Assembly: GCA_037441845.1 (NCBI GenBank)
Contig: JBBIRK010000003.1
Location: 192,001-256,000 of the forward strand
DNA length: 64,000 bases
Reading direction: 5' to 3'
Source of the DNA: Candidatus Zixiibacteriota bacterium
Lineage (GTDB): Bacteria > Zixibacteria > MSB-5A5 > UBA10806 > 4484-95
Below the pieces are notes generated by a model, which saw only the letters and a program-made list of their open reading frames with translations, was not told where the DNA came from and made no database searches. Numbering within the stretch: position 1 is the stretch's first letter; each line of letters opens with the position of its first letter. The position numbers and the translations under genes were made by a program. Positions 10,529-19,947 of this stretch are shown here, piece by piece.

Positions 10529-10768
10529 ATGGCTTCAATTGAGGAAAGAGTGAAAAACGTCATCATCGACAGCTTGAGTGTGGACGCCGAAAAAGTCACG
10601 CCCGACGCCAGCTTCGTCGACGATCTTGACGCCGATTCGCTCGACCAGGTGGAGTTGATTCTCGCGCTCGAAGAAGAATTCAAATGCCAGATTCCCGAAG
10701 AAGACGCCAGCAAAATCACCACGGTCGGCGAGGCGATCGAATACTTGAAGAAAATGGTAAAAGAATAA
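10529..10768 (+). CDS. acpP: Acyl carrier protein
   Basis: [12 protein letters not shown] phosphopantetheine site; SD AGGAGG favours ATG 10529 over 10526. Confidence 0.97.
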   Translation: MASIEERVKNVIIDSLSVDAEKVTPDASFVDDLDADSLDQVELILALEEEFKCQIPEEDASKITTVGEAIEYLKKMVKE

Positions 10769-10781
10769 CCGGATGCCATTC

Positions 10782-12029
10782 ATGCTGAATCGAGTCGTAA
10801 TTACCGGAATGGGCGTAATATCGCCTATCGGCAATACCCTTGATGAGTTCTGGTCGAGTTTGATTTCCGGAAAATCCGGAATCGGACCGGTTACCAAATG
10901 CGACTGTTCCAATCTACCGTCGCGTATAGGCGGGGAAGTGAAAAACTTCGATCCGCACGACTATATGGACAAGAAGGAAGCCAAACGTTTGGATCTTTCC
11001 CAGCAGTATGCCATGGCGGCGGCGCGGGCGGCGATAAGCGATGCGGGATTGGAAAACGGTCGATACGCGCCGGAAAGGGCTGGAGTGGTGATCGGTTCCG
11101 GAATAGGGGGGATCATCACGTTCGAACAACAGCATGCATTGATCGTTCAAGGAAAGGCCGAAAGGGTTTCGCCGTTTTTCATTCCGATGATGATCGCCGA
11201 TATGTCGGCCGGGTTGGTATCCATAAAATATAATTTCAAAGGACCCAATTACGCCGCCGTTTCGGCTTGCGCCTCGGGACCGCATGCCATCGCCGACGCT
11301 TTCCAATTGATCAAAAGCGGAATGGCCGATGTTATGGTGGCCGGAGGAACCGAGGCGGCGATCACCGTTACCGCATTCGCGGGATTTTGCAATGCCCGCG
11401 CCCTCTCCCAGCGAAACGACGAACCGGAAAAAGCCTCGCGCCCGTTCGATAAAGATCGCGACGGCTTCGTGATGGGCGAAGGGGCCGGCATCGTGGTTCT
11501 GGAAAAACTCGAACATGCGCTCGATCGCGGCGCGAAAATCTATGCCGAGGTGGCCGGGTTCGGAATGTCCGCCGACGCTTATCATATCACGGCCCCTGCT
11601 CCCGACGGCGATGGTGCGGCCAGAAGCATGAAAGCCGCGCTCGATTATTCGGGGATCGCCGCCGAAGACGTAAGCTATATCAACACGCACGGCACCTCGA
11701 CCGAGCTCGGCGATATAGCCGAAACCATGGCAATAAAGAAAGTGTTCGGAGAATGCGCGTATAAAATACCCTGCAATTCCACGAAATCGATGATCGGGCA
11801 TCTGCTCGGAGCTACCGGCGCCGTCGAACTGATCGCCACTGCTCTGCAGCTGAAAAACGGCAAGATCCATCCGACGATCAACCTCGAAAATCCCGATCCT
11901 CAATGCGACCTCGATTACGTAAAGGATGGTTGTCGTAATATCGAGATGAACTATGCCCTTTCCAATTCGTTCGGATTTGGAGGGCACAACATTACGCTGG
12001 CATTGAAGAGATTTTCGGACGGCAAGTGA
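10782..12029 (+). CDS. fabF: 3-oxoacyl-ACP synthase II
   Basis: RVVITGMG, SACASG, NTHGTST, GHLLGA, NSFGFGGHN. Confidence 0.97.
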   Translation: MLNRVVITGMGVISPIGNTLDEFWSSLISGKSGIGPVTKCDCSNLPSRIGGEVKNFDPHDYMDKKEAKRLDLSQQYAMAAARAAISDAGLENGRYAPERAGVVIGSGIGGIITFEQQHALIVQGKAERVSPFFIPMMIADMSAGLVSIKYNFKGPNYAAVSACASGPHAIADAFQLIKSGMADVMVAGGTEAAITVTAFAGFCNARALSQRNDEPEKASRPFDKDRDGFVMGEGAGIVVLEKLEHALDRGAKIYAEVAGFGMSADAYHITAPAPDGDGAARSMKAALDYSGIAAEDVSYINTHGTSTELGDIAETMAIKKVFGECAYKIPCNSTKSMIGHLLGATGAVELIATALQLKNGKIHPTINLENPDPQCDLDYVKDGCRNIEMNYALSNSFGFGGHNITLALKRFSDGK

Positions 12030-12030
12030 G

Positions 12031-12756
12031 TTGTTATTTTCCCGTTGGCTGAAAAAAAGATCCGCCGAACCGCTGGAAAGGCTGCAGCGGACTATCGGGT
12101 ATCGATTCAAAGACACCGGCCTGCTGCGAAGCGCCCTGGCTCATCGCTCGTGCCTGAAAGAAACCGGATTGCGTTCCAACGAACGACTGGAATTTCTGGG
12201 CGACGCTGTTCTCGGCTCGATCGTTTCGGAATTCCTGTTCAGAGAGGATCGTGGCCGTTCCGAGGGCGAACTGACCAGAATGAAAGCGGCGCTGGTCAAC
12301 GAAACCGTTCTTAGCCAGGCGGCCCGGTCATTCGGTCTGGGCGATTATATTTATCTGAGCGCCGAAGAGGAAAAATCGGGCGGACGCCAGCGTCCCTCGA
12401 TAACCGCCGACGCGTTCGAGGCGCTGCTCGGGGCGATATATATCGATGGCGGTTTCAAGGCCGCCTCTCGGTTCGTCGGCAGATTTCTGCTCGATAATTA
12501 TCAAAGCTATATCAAAAGCGCCGATCTTCATAACTATAAAGGCGAATTGCTCGAATGGCTTCAGGGCCATGGCTCGGGTATGCCGCAATATAGAATAAGC
12601 GACCAGATCGGTCCCGACCACGATAAGATATTTCATGTGGCCGTATATGCGGGCGGGGAGAAGCTGGGAGAAGGCGAAGGGCGATCGAAAAAGGAAGCTG
12701 AACAGAGAGCCGCACGCCAGGCTCTGATGAAAATAAAATCATCGAGGAATAATTGA
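12031..12756 (+). CDS. rnc: Ribonuclease III
   Basis: NERLEFLGDAVL signature, DAFEALLGAIYID, C-terminal dsRBD; TTG start. Confidence 0.97.
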   Translation: MLFSRWLKKRSAEPLERLQRTIGYRFKDTGLLRSALAHRSCLKETGLRSNERLEFLGDAVLGSIVSEFLFREDRGRSEGELTRMKAALVNETVLSQAARSFGLGDYIYLSAEEEKSGGRQRPSITADAFEALLGAIYIDGGFKAASRFVGRFLLDNYQSYIKSADLHNYKGELLEWLQGHGSGMPQYRISDQIGPDHDKIFHVAVYAGGEKLGEGEGRSKKEAEQRAARQALMKIKSSRNN

Positions 12757-12757
12757 C

Positions 12758-13333
12758 ATGCCGGCGACGACTGCATTGTTGCTGTTGCTTTTAGGCGCCA
12801 TGGTCTATTTGTTGTTCACTCCGGTTTCGATTTCCTACCATCGCAACCGGGAAGGCCCCGCTGGAATGGAAATCAGGTTACGGCCGTTTCCTCCTCTGAA
12901 ATTTACGCCGTCTCCAGCACGCAAAAGGGCAAGACAAAAGAAACCACCGGTCGCCGCCCGGAAACTGCGAGGGGCTTTCGCTCGAAAAAGTATCGATTCC
13001 GCCTACTTGATCAAGATGATACGGGAATCCCTGTGGTTGTTATCGAATCTCTATCGGTCATTGCGGCGCAAAGAGATTAATCTTCATCTATCGGGGGGAG
13101 TCTCCGGGGATCCATGCGCTTCCGGGCAACTCTACGGCGCCTGCGTGGCCGCGGCCTCGATAATGCCGAATTGGCTTAAATTGACCTTTGAGCCGGATTT
13201 TCTGGCCGATGATCTGGATATCTTTTTTTCATTTGAAACTGAATTCAGATTGGCTTCGATTTTGGCGAATCTCCTGATCTTTTTAATACGCATACCAAAA
13301 ATAAAAACGGCGGCGCTGTTACTAGGCCGCTGA
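12758..13333 (+). CDS. DUF2953/YtfI-like membrane-anchored protein
   Basis: N-terminal hydrophobic helix, GDPCASGQLYG and FEPDF motifs; adjacent to a ytfJ-like gene. Confidence 0.6.
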   Translation: MPATTALLLLLLGAMVYLLFTPVSISYHRNREGPAGMEIRLRPFPPLKFTPSPARKRARQKKPPVAARKLRGAFARKSIDSAYLIKMIRESLWLLSNLYRSLRRKEINLHLSGGVSGDPCASGQLYGACVAAASIMPNWLKLTFEPDFLADDLDIFFSFETEFRLASILANLLIFLIRIPKIKTAALLLGR

Positions 13334-13346
13334 AAGGAAAACTCTT

Positions 13347-13745
13347 ATGTCGGCAAGAATAACTGAAATGCTGGAATCGATCATAGGCCAACTCAGGCAG
13401 ATTTCGTCCACCGAAACGATAATCGGCAAACCGGTCACGTTCGGGGATAAAATGATCGTGCCGGTGACCAAAGTCATGATAGGATTCGGCGCCGGCGGAG
13501 CCGAAGGACAACAGCAAGGGAAAGGTTCCGGTTTCGGTGGGGGTGGTGGTGGAGGTGCGAGAGTCGAACCGGTCGGCTTTATAGTAATCGTCGAAGACAA
13601 GATATCGTTTTTGCCGACGGCTCAGAAAAGATTCGAGGGACTTATCGAAGCGATTCCCGATATCGTGGAGAAGATAAAGGGCATCAAAAAGCCCAAAAGC
13701 GAGGGCGAAGAGAATAAAGACATTAAGGATAGGGAAAAGAAATGA
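13347..13745 (+). CDS. ytfJ: GerW/YtfJ family protein
   Basis: ETIIGKP, IVPVTKVMIGFGAGG, GFGGGGGGGARVEPVGFIV. Confidence 0.85.
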   Translation: MSARITEMLESIIGQLRQISSTETIIGKPVTFGDKMIVPVTKVMIGFGAGGAEGQQQGKGSGFGGGGGGGARVEPVGFIVIVEDKISFLPTAQKRFEGLIEAIPDIVEKIKGIKKPKSEGEENKDIKDREKK

Positions 13746-14500
13746 AGATAGCGGTATTGGTCAAACACACTCCACAAGTGGCGGGCGTGAAAGTCGGAGA
13801 TAAAGTCGAATGGGCGGAAAGCGATATGATCGTCAATCCTTTCGATGAGTATGCGATCGAGGAGGCGATCCGAATAAAGGAAAAAATCGGCTGCAAGACG
13901 GCGGCGGTTTCCTATGGGAAAAACGGAGCCGAGGCCGCATTACGCGATGCCTTGGCGCTGGGAATCGACGAAGCTTATCTGATAGCCGATGACCTTTTCG
14001 ATAATCTTGACCCCCTGAAAACGGCGATCGTGCTCGCGGCGGCGATTAAGAAAATAGACGACGTCAAAATGATCCTGACAGGCAAGCAGGCCACCGATGA
14101 CGATTCCGCCGCGGTCGCTCCCGCCATAGCCGCTCACCTCGGCTGGCCGCAGGTCGGGTTCGTGCGCAAGTTCGAGTCGATCGACGACAAAGAGGCCACC
14201 TGCCAGCGCACTACCGATGAAGGACACGACAGAATCACCGTTCCGCTGCCCTCGGCGTTTTCCGTGGTAAAAGAGATAAATGAACCGCGGTTGCCATCGC
14301 TGAAAGGTAAAATGCAGGCCAAGAAGGCTCCTCTGACCAAATGGTCGCCGAGCGACCTGGGAATTCAAATTGAGGCCAAAGTGAAGTTGTTACAAACTCT
14401 CACTCCGCCACAAAGAACTGCCGGTGAGATTTTAAGCGGCGATGCTGATCAGGTGGTCGAGACGCTGGTGGCCAGGTTGAAGGAAAATCAGATTATCTGA
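13742..14500 (+). CDS. etfB: Electron transfer flavoprotein beta subunit
   Basis: NPFDEYAIEEAIR, GKQATDDD, INEPRLPSLKGKMQAKK. Confidence 0.93.
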   Translation: MKIAVLVKHTPQVAGVKVGDKVEWAESDMIVNPFDEYAIEEAIRIKEKIGCKTAAVSYGKNGAEAALRDALALGIDEAYLIADDLFDNLDPLKTAIVLAAAIKKIDDVKMILTGKQATDDDSAAVAPAIAAHLGWPQVGFVRKFESIDDKEATCQRTTDEGHDRITVPLPSAFSVVKEINEPRLPSLKGKMQAKKAPLTKWSPSDLGIQIEAKVKLLQTLTPPQRTAGEILSGDADQVVETLVARLKENQII

Positions 14501-14610
14501 TTCGATCGCGTCTATACGTCTCGGTCTGTTTGTTCAACACTTTATATTATTTATTTAATTTGTTATAAAGCAATGTATTGACAATTGCTGTTCGTGTTTG
14601 TGGACAGCTT

Positions 14611-14643
14611 TGTCATTGACATTTTATCGATCTATGTTATATT
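14611..14643 (+). promoter_or_regulatory. Putative sigma70 promoter overlapped by palindrome TGTCA-T-TGACA
   Basis: TTGACA 14616-14621, N16, TG-n-TATATT 14638-14643, in an AT-rich spacer. Confidence 0.6.
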
Positions 14644-14677
14644 GCTATTGTTACATATTTATAACATAAGTGTGACA

Positions 14678-17600
14678 ATGGATGTTATCGATAACAGGTA
14701 TCACATAATCGAGCCGATCGGAGCCGGCGGAATCGGCCGGGTATTCAAAGTGCACGACTCGCTGACCGGCAAAATCCTCGCCTTGAAACTGCTTTCACCC
14801 CTGGCTGATTATCCGCTCGCCGACTTCAAAGAAGAATTCAAAATCCTCACCCAACTTCGCCATCCGTTCTTGATAAGGGTTTATGATTTCGGTGCGGATG
14901 AGCAGGGGAAAGCCTACTTCACCATGGATTTCGTCCCCGGCGGCGATATCGGCGCCCGCATCGAATCCCTCGATTTGATTGATTCGTTTCGCTATTCCCT
15001 GATGATTTTATCAGCCCTCGATTATATCCACTCGCGCGGGCTTCTGCATGGCGATCTCAAGCCGGCCAACATCATGTTCGACGGCGCCGGCAATATCAAG
15101 CTCGTCGATTTCGGTCTCGCCGTTCATTTCCGCGAGGAGACGATGCGCCGAAGATCCGGCACGCTCGAATATATTCCGCCCGAAGTGCTTGCCAAAGGAA
15201 AGCTGTCGGCGGCAAGCGACTTATACAGCTTTGCACTCATTTTGTATCAGATGCTTTATAAGAAACCTTTGATCGCGGGGACCACCAGCCAGATTTTATC
15301 GCGGAAGTTGGAAGGGACATTCGAATTACCCGTCATTTCCGAGGAAATGGGCGGCGATAAAATGCGGCGGTACCTAAGCAATCTGCTCGAATTGGAGGTG
15401 GAAAAAAGACCGCCTAACGCCGGTGAGGCCTCGAGGATGCTGAAAGCGGTTCTGCGGCCATTCATACGCGGCGGCACGGAAACGAGCCGCGCCTATTTCG
15501 AAAGGGCGCCGTTCTGCGATAGGCAGCTCGAATTCGCGAAATTAGTCGATGCTTTCTTTTCGCTGAAAGCAGGCAAAAGTTCATGCCTGGCCGTCCGCGG
15601 TGAACCCGGCGTGGGAAAATCCCGCTTGATCGAGCAATTCAAATATCATGTTCAAACCGAGGGCGGGGAATTTTATGAATCCGCCTGCACTTCCGATCAC
15701 GACCGCCCATTCGGTCCGATTTTGCCGATTCTGCGCCGATTGATCGAAAAACACGACCGCGAAAGAAAAATCCTCGACGATGTCGGTTATGAGATCAGGC
15801 GACTTTTCCCTGAATATTACGTTTCGAGTTATACCGAACCCGATCTGAAATCGGGCAGGCAACGGCTTATCGACAGCCTGACTCGATACTTTCTCGAAAT
15901 CTCCTGCAGGCAAAATCTGGTAATCGTCATCGAGGATATCGACCTCGCCGATGACTTGACATCCGAATTCGTCGCCGCCTTGGCCGCTCGTTTACGGGGC
16001 GATAGCGAGGCCGCCGAAGGTCGCGGAGGAATTTGCCTGGTGGTATCCTACCAGCGTTCCCCGAACTTCTCCGCGGAATCGGCCGAGGATTGTTTCGCTG
16101 TTATAGACTTGAGGCCCGCAGACGGGGACCTCTGGGACGCCTACCTCGAATCGTTGTTCGGAGGTCAATCGCCGCCGCCGGAATTTTCGGAAAAGTTGCG
16201 CCACGAAACCGGCGGCAACTTCCTGTTCGCCGAGGAATCCCTGAAAGTTCTGGCTGATGAGGGGATTTTGATCAGACATGCCGGCGGCTGGAAAATAAAT
16301 GCCGGTAAACTTGAACGTTTTCCGTTACCGCGGTCGGTTGTCGAGGCGGTTAAGCAGCGTATTGCGGGGCTTGAGCCGGGATTGCTCTTGATCGTTGAGA
16401 CGGCCGCCGTGCTTGAACCATCGATCGAAGGGGTTGATCTGCTCGAATTGGCCGGATTTCAGGGAGATGAAATAGCATTGCTCGATGAGCTCGTCAACGT
16501 CGGTATATTCGGCCGCACCGACGGAAAATTGCGGTTTCTGCACAACCAGATAAAAGATGCGGTTTATTCGCTCTTGCCTGCGAATAAAAAAACCGCTTTC
16601 CATGCAAGAGCGGCGGCCTACTACGAAAAAAGAGGGGCCGATCCCGAAATTCTCGCCCGTCATTTTCTGGCTGCCGGTGAGTATGGCCGGGCCTATGAGT
16701 TCCATTTGATAGCATCCAAAAGGGCGGCCGCGGTTTTCGCCTGGACACAAGCGATTCGCGGGTATGAACGGATATTGTGGATGCTGCCCAGATGGAAGGA
16801 TGCCCCCGCTGATGCTTTTTATATTGCCTTGAGCGGCGCGGGGCGGGCGATGATGTTCGTCGATCCCAAAAAGGCGTCGGATTATCTCGAGCGGGCCCTG
16901 GAGGTCTCTTCCAAGGCCGATGATGCCGCCCGCGCCTGCCTGACCGCAAAACTCGATCTGGCCGCCAATCGCCAGCATCTCGGAGATAACGATAAGTCGG
17001 TCAAACTTTACAACGAAGTCTTGGAGGACGCCCGTGGAATGCCGGATTTGCTGGCCGAGGCGAACCTGGGAATCGGTTTCGTGCTGAGCAAAATGGGGCG
17101 TCTCGACGATGCGGCGAAAGCGTATTTGAAAGCGCTCGACCTGTTCGTCGATAACCCGGAAAAACTCTGCCGGGTGCTGAGCAATCTCGGAATCATCTAC
17201 AAGCGCAAAGGGGATTTTGCCGGCGCCCTCGATTTCTACGGACGCGCCCTTGATGTTTGTCGGCGTTACGATTATAAATGGGCGGCTATGAATCTATACG
17301 GCAACATGGCCAATATATATACCGCAAAAGGGGAATTCCGAAAAGCTCTCGAATCGTATCGAGAATCTCTCGAACTAAGCCGCAAAGTTTCGGATAGAAG
17401 AATCGAGGGAATCAATCTGCTCAATATAGGCCATCTGCATTCTCTTTTGGGTGGAATGAACGAGGCGATCGATCATTTTCTCAAAGCATTGCGAATTCAA
17501 AAAGCCGTGGGAGATAAAGGCAGTCAGGCTATCACTTATAACAATCTCGGCCAGGTATGCCTGAGCCTCGGCCAATACAAAAGCGCTCTCGATTATTACG

Positions 17601-19855
17601 AGAAAGGAAGATCGCTCGGCCGCCAGATAAAAGAACCCCGGATCGAGCTCGCCAATCTTCGGGGCTTGGCCGATACGTTTTTAGTTCTGGGCGACCTTGA
17701 GGAAGCGTCCGAAAGGGGAAATCAAGCATTGAAACTTGCCGAAACCATAGGCGATCAAGAGCAAAAGTCCTGGAGCGAAATTTTGCTTGCCGAAATCGAT
17801 TACGAGCGGGGAAATAAGGCCGCCTGCTCGGAAAGAATAGGCGAAATATTCGCGGCGGAACCGAGCGATTCGGAACTTCGTGCCCGCTGCCTTTTGATGC
17901 AAACGAGGATGGAAATCGAAAGCGGCAACCTGGTCAAGGCGGAAAGTTGCCTGCGCGAACTGTCGACGACCGACCTGCCTGCGGTGTCAAAGGCCGCCCT
18001 TTACTACTTTAAGGCGCTTTTTCTACTCAAACCGGAACAATCGGGACCGAGTCTGCAAAGCGCCGAGAATGAGTTGCGCAAATCGATAGCTTTTGCGGAA
18101 AAGCATGGTCCTGCCAAACTCCGCCCGTCGGCCTGGATCCTGCTGGCCGGCATAAAAAAATTATCGGGAAGAGACGGCGGCAAAGAGCTGGAAAAGGCGC
18201 AAACGCTTGCCGATGGATTCTGCGCGGGATTGCCCGAAAAGCTCAAGCGGAGTTTTCAGGCCGCTTTGAAACTTGAAACGGGGGAGGATATCCCCGGAAA
18301 GGCGAAAGCAGTGGAAAAAAGCAGTCGGGAAAAGCGGTTGGAGACGCTATTGGAGGTATCGAAATCGATTAATTCCATTCTCGAGCTGGATCCGCTCTTG
18401 AATCGAGTGATGGATCTGCTATTGGAGAATCTCGAAGGCGAACGCGGCTTCATAATGCTCAAGGAGAACGCCGGCGGTTTCGAGCCGGTGGTCGCCCGCA
18501 ATATCGATAAGGAAAATATACTCGGCGAGTTGACCATCTCCAAATCGACCATTGATGACGTCTTTCAGTCGGGGAAACCCTTGATAATGAATCGCGCTCC
18601 CGATGAGTTGAGCGATCGTGAATCGGTGGTCGATTTCAATATCCTATCGATAATGTGCGCGCCGCTTATCGTGCGCGACCAACCGATAGGCATAGTGTAT
18701 ATCGACAATCGTTTCGGCGGCAGAGCATTCGATAAGGAAGATCTCGATTTTCTGCTCGGATTCTGCAACCTCGCTTCGATCGCTATAGAAAACGCAAGAC
18801 TTACGACCAATCTTTCCGCGCGCAATTTGTATCTTCAGAAACAGATAGAAAAAGCCTCCGGATTCGGCAACATCATCGGCAGGTCTTCGGCAATGCAAAA
18901 AGTTTTTCGAATGGCGGAGGCGGTCGCCGCCACCGAAGCCACGGTGGTTTTGACCGGCGAATCCGGAACGGGCAAGGAGATTCTCGCCAGAGCCATACAT
19001 TTTTCGGGGCCGCGCAAAAACGGCCGCTTTATCCCGGTCGATTGCGGAGCTCTGCCCGAAACTTTGCTCGAAACCGAATTGTTCGGCCATAAAAAAGGAG
19101 CCTTCACCGGCGCCGTGGCCGATCGTCCCGGGCTTTTCGAGGAGGCCGACGGCGGCACCATTTTTCTCGACGAAATCACCAACACCACGCAGAATTTCCA
19201 AGTGAAACTTCTCCGGGTTATTCAAGAAGGTGAATTCAGGCGTGTGGGAGAATCCAGGGGACGCAAGGTTAATGTGCGCATAATCTCGGCGACCAACAAA
19301 GATCTCGCGGGAGAAGTCAAAGCCGGCAGGTTCAGGGAAGATCTTTACTATCGCCTGAATGTCGTCAATATCCATATCCCGGCCCTGCGGGAACGCAAAG
19401 AGGATATACCAATTTTGGCCGAGTATTTTCTCGACAACATCTGTCGTAAGATGAAAATCCCCAAGAAAAATATAAGCTCGAGGGCTATCGATTATTTATC
19501 CAATTACCGCTGGCCGGGTAATGTCAGGCAGCTGGAGAACGTCATCGAGAGGATGGTCATTTTCGCAAAATCCGGAACGATCGACGTTGCAGATCTACCG
19601 CAGGAGGTCCGCTCGATTCTCGATAATGTTTCCGCCGAAAATAAAGCGCAGTTTACCATTCCCAAATCGAAAGTCGAGCTTAAAACGGCCAAAGCCCAGC
19701 TGGATAAGTTGTTTATCGCCGCGATAATCGAACAGGCGGGCGGCAATATAATGCAGGCGGCAAGGTTATCCGGTATGGACCGCACGCAGTTGCATCACAT
19801 GTTGAATAAACTCAAAATCGACGTGGATAAATACAGAAATAAGGAAAAAGATTGA
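14678..19855 (+). CDS. Ser/Thr kinase-AAA(STAND-like)-TPR-GAF-sigma54 enhancer-binding protein
   Basis: IGAGGIG, LALK, HGDLKPAN, DFG, GTLEYIPPE; GEPGVGKS and VIEDID; TPR array; GAF; GESGTGKE, GAFTGA, FLDEI, WPGNVRQ, HTH. Confidence 0.9.
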   Translation: MDVIDNRYHIIEPIGAGGIGRVFKVHDSLTGKILALKLLSPLADYPLADFKEEFKILTQLRHPFLIRVYDFGADEQGKAYFTMDFVPGGDIGARIESLDLIDSFRYSLMILSALDYIHSRGLLHGDLKPANIMFDGAGNIKLVDFGLAVHFREETMRRRSGTLEYIPPEVLAKGKLSAASDLYSFALILYQMLYKKPLIAGTTSQILSRKLEGTFELPVISEEMGGDKMRRYLSNLLELEVEKRPPNAGEASRMLKAVLRPFIRGGTETSRAYFERAPFCDRQLEFAKLVDAFFSLKAGKSSCLAVRGEPGVGKSRLIEQFKYHVQTEGGEFYESACTSDHDRPFGPILPILRRLIEKHDRERKILDDVGYEIRRLFPEYYVSSYTEPDLKSGRQRLIDSLTRYFLEISCRQNLVIVIEDIDLADDLTSEFVAALAARLRGDSEAAEGRGGICLVVSYQRSPNFSAESAEDCFAVIDLRPADGDLWDAYLESLFGGQSPPPEFSEKLRHETGGNFLFAEESLKVLADEGILIRHAGGWKINAGKLERFPLPRSVVEAVKQRIAGLEPGLLLIVETAAVLEPSIEGVDLLELAGFQGDEIALLDELVNVGIFGRTDGKLRFLHNQIKDAVYSLLPANKKTAFHARAAAYYEKRGADPEILARHFLAAGEYGRAYEFHLIASKRAAAVFAWTQAIRGYERILWMLPRWKDAPADAFYIALSGAGRAMMFVDPKKASDYLERALEVSSKADDAARACLTAKLDLAANRQHLGDNDKSVKLYNEVLEDARGMPDLLAEANLGIGFVLSKMGRLDDAAKAYLKALDLFVDNPEKLCRVLSNLGIIYKRKGDFAGALDFYGRALDVCRRYDYKWAAMNLYGNMANIYTAKGEFRKALESYRESLELSRKVSDRRIEGINLLNIGHLHSLLGGMNEAIDHFLKALRIQKAVGDKGSQAITYNNLGQVCLSLGQYKSALDYYEKGRSLGRQIKEPRIELANLRGLADTFLVLGDLEEASERGNQALKLAETIGDQEQKSWSEILLAEIDYERGNKAACSERIGEIFAAEPSDSELRARCLLMQTRMEIESGNLVKAESCLRELSTTDLPAVSKAALYYFKALFLLKPEQSGPSLQSAENELRKSIAFAEKHGPAKLRPSAWILLAGIKKLSGRDGGKELEKAQTLADGFCAGLPEKLKRSFQAALKLETGEDIPGKAKAVEKSSREKRLETLLEVSKSINSILELDPLLNRVMDLLLENLEGERGFIMLKENAGGFEPVVARNIDKENILGELTISKSTIDDVFQSGKPLIMNRAPDELSDRESVVDFNILSIMCAPLIVRDQPIGIVYIDNRFGGRAFDKEDLDFLLGFCNLASIAIENARLTTNLSARNLYLQKQIEKASGFGNIIGRSSAMQKVFRMAEAVAATEATVVLTGESGTGKEILARAIHFSGPRKNGRFIPVDCGALPETLLETELFGHKKGAFTGAVADRPGLFEEADGGTIFLDEITNTTQNFQVKLLRVIQEGEFRRVGESRGRKVNVRIISATNKDLAGEVKAGRFREDLYYRLNVVNIHIPALRERKEDIPILAEYFLDNICRKMKIPKKNISSRAIDYLSNYRWPGNVRQLENVIERMVIFAKSGTIDVADLPQEVRSILDNVSAENKAQFTIPKSKVELKTAKAQLDKLFIAAIIEQAGGNIMQAARLSGMDRTQLHHMLNKLKIDVDKYRNKEKD

Positions 19856-19947
19856 TTCACAGGAATTTTTGGTGGATTGTAGTTGTAATAATTATGTAAA
19901 AAATGCTTGAATTGTGGGAGCATTATATTATATTTTTATTGAAAATT

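Noticed and set aside
10914..12116. 400-aa minus-strand ORF
   Set aside because: Antisense shadow of fabF; no recognisable motifs; explained by codon bias
13530..13560. G-rich run GGTGGGGGTGGTGGTGGAGG
   Set aside because: Encodes the family-typical poly-Gly of YtfJ
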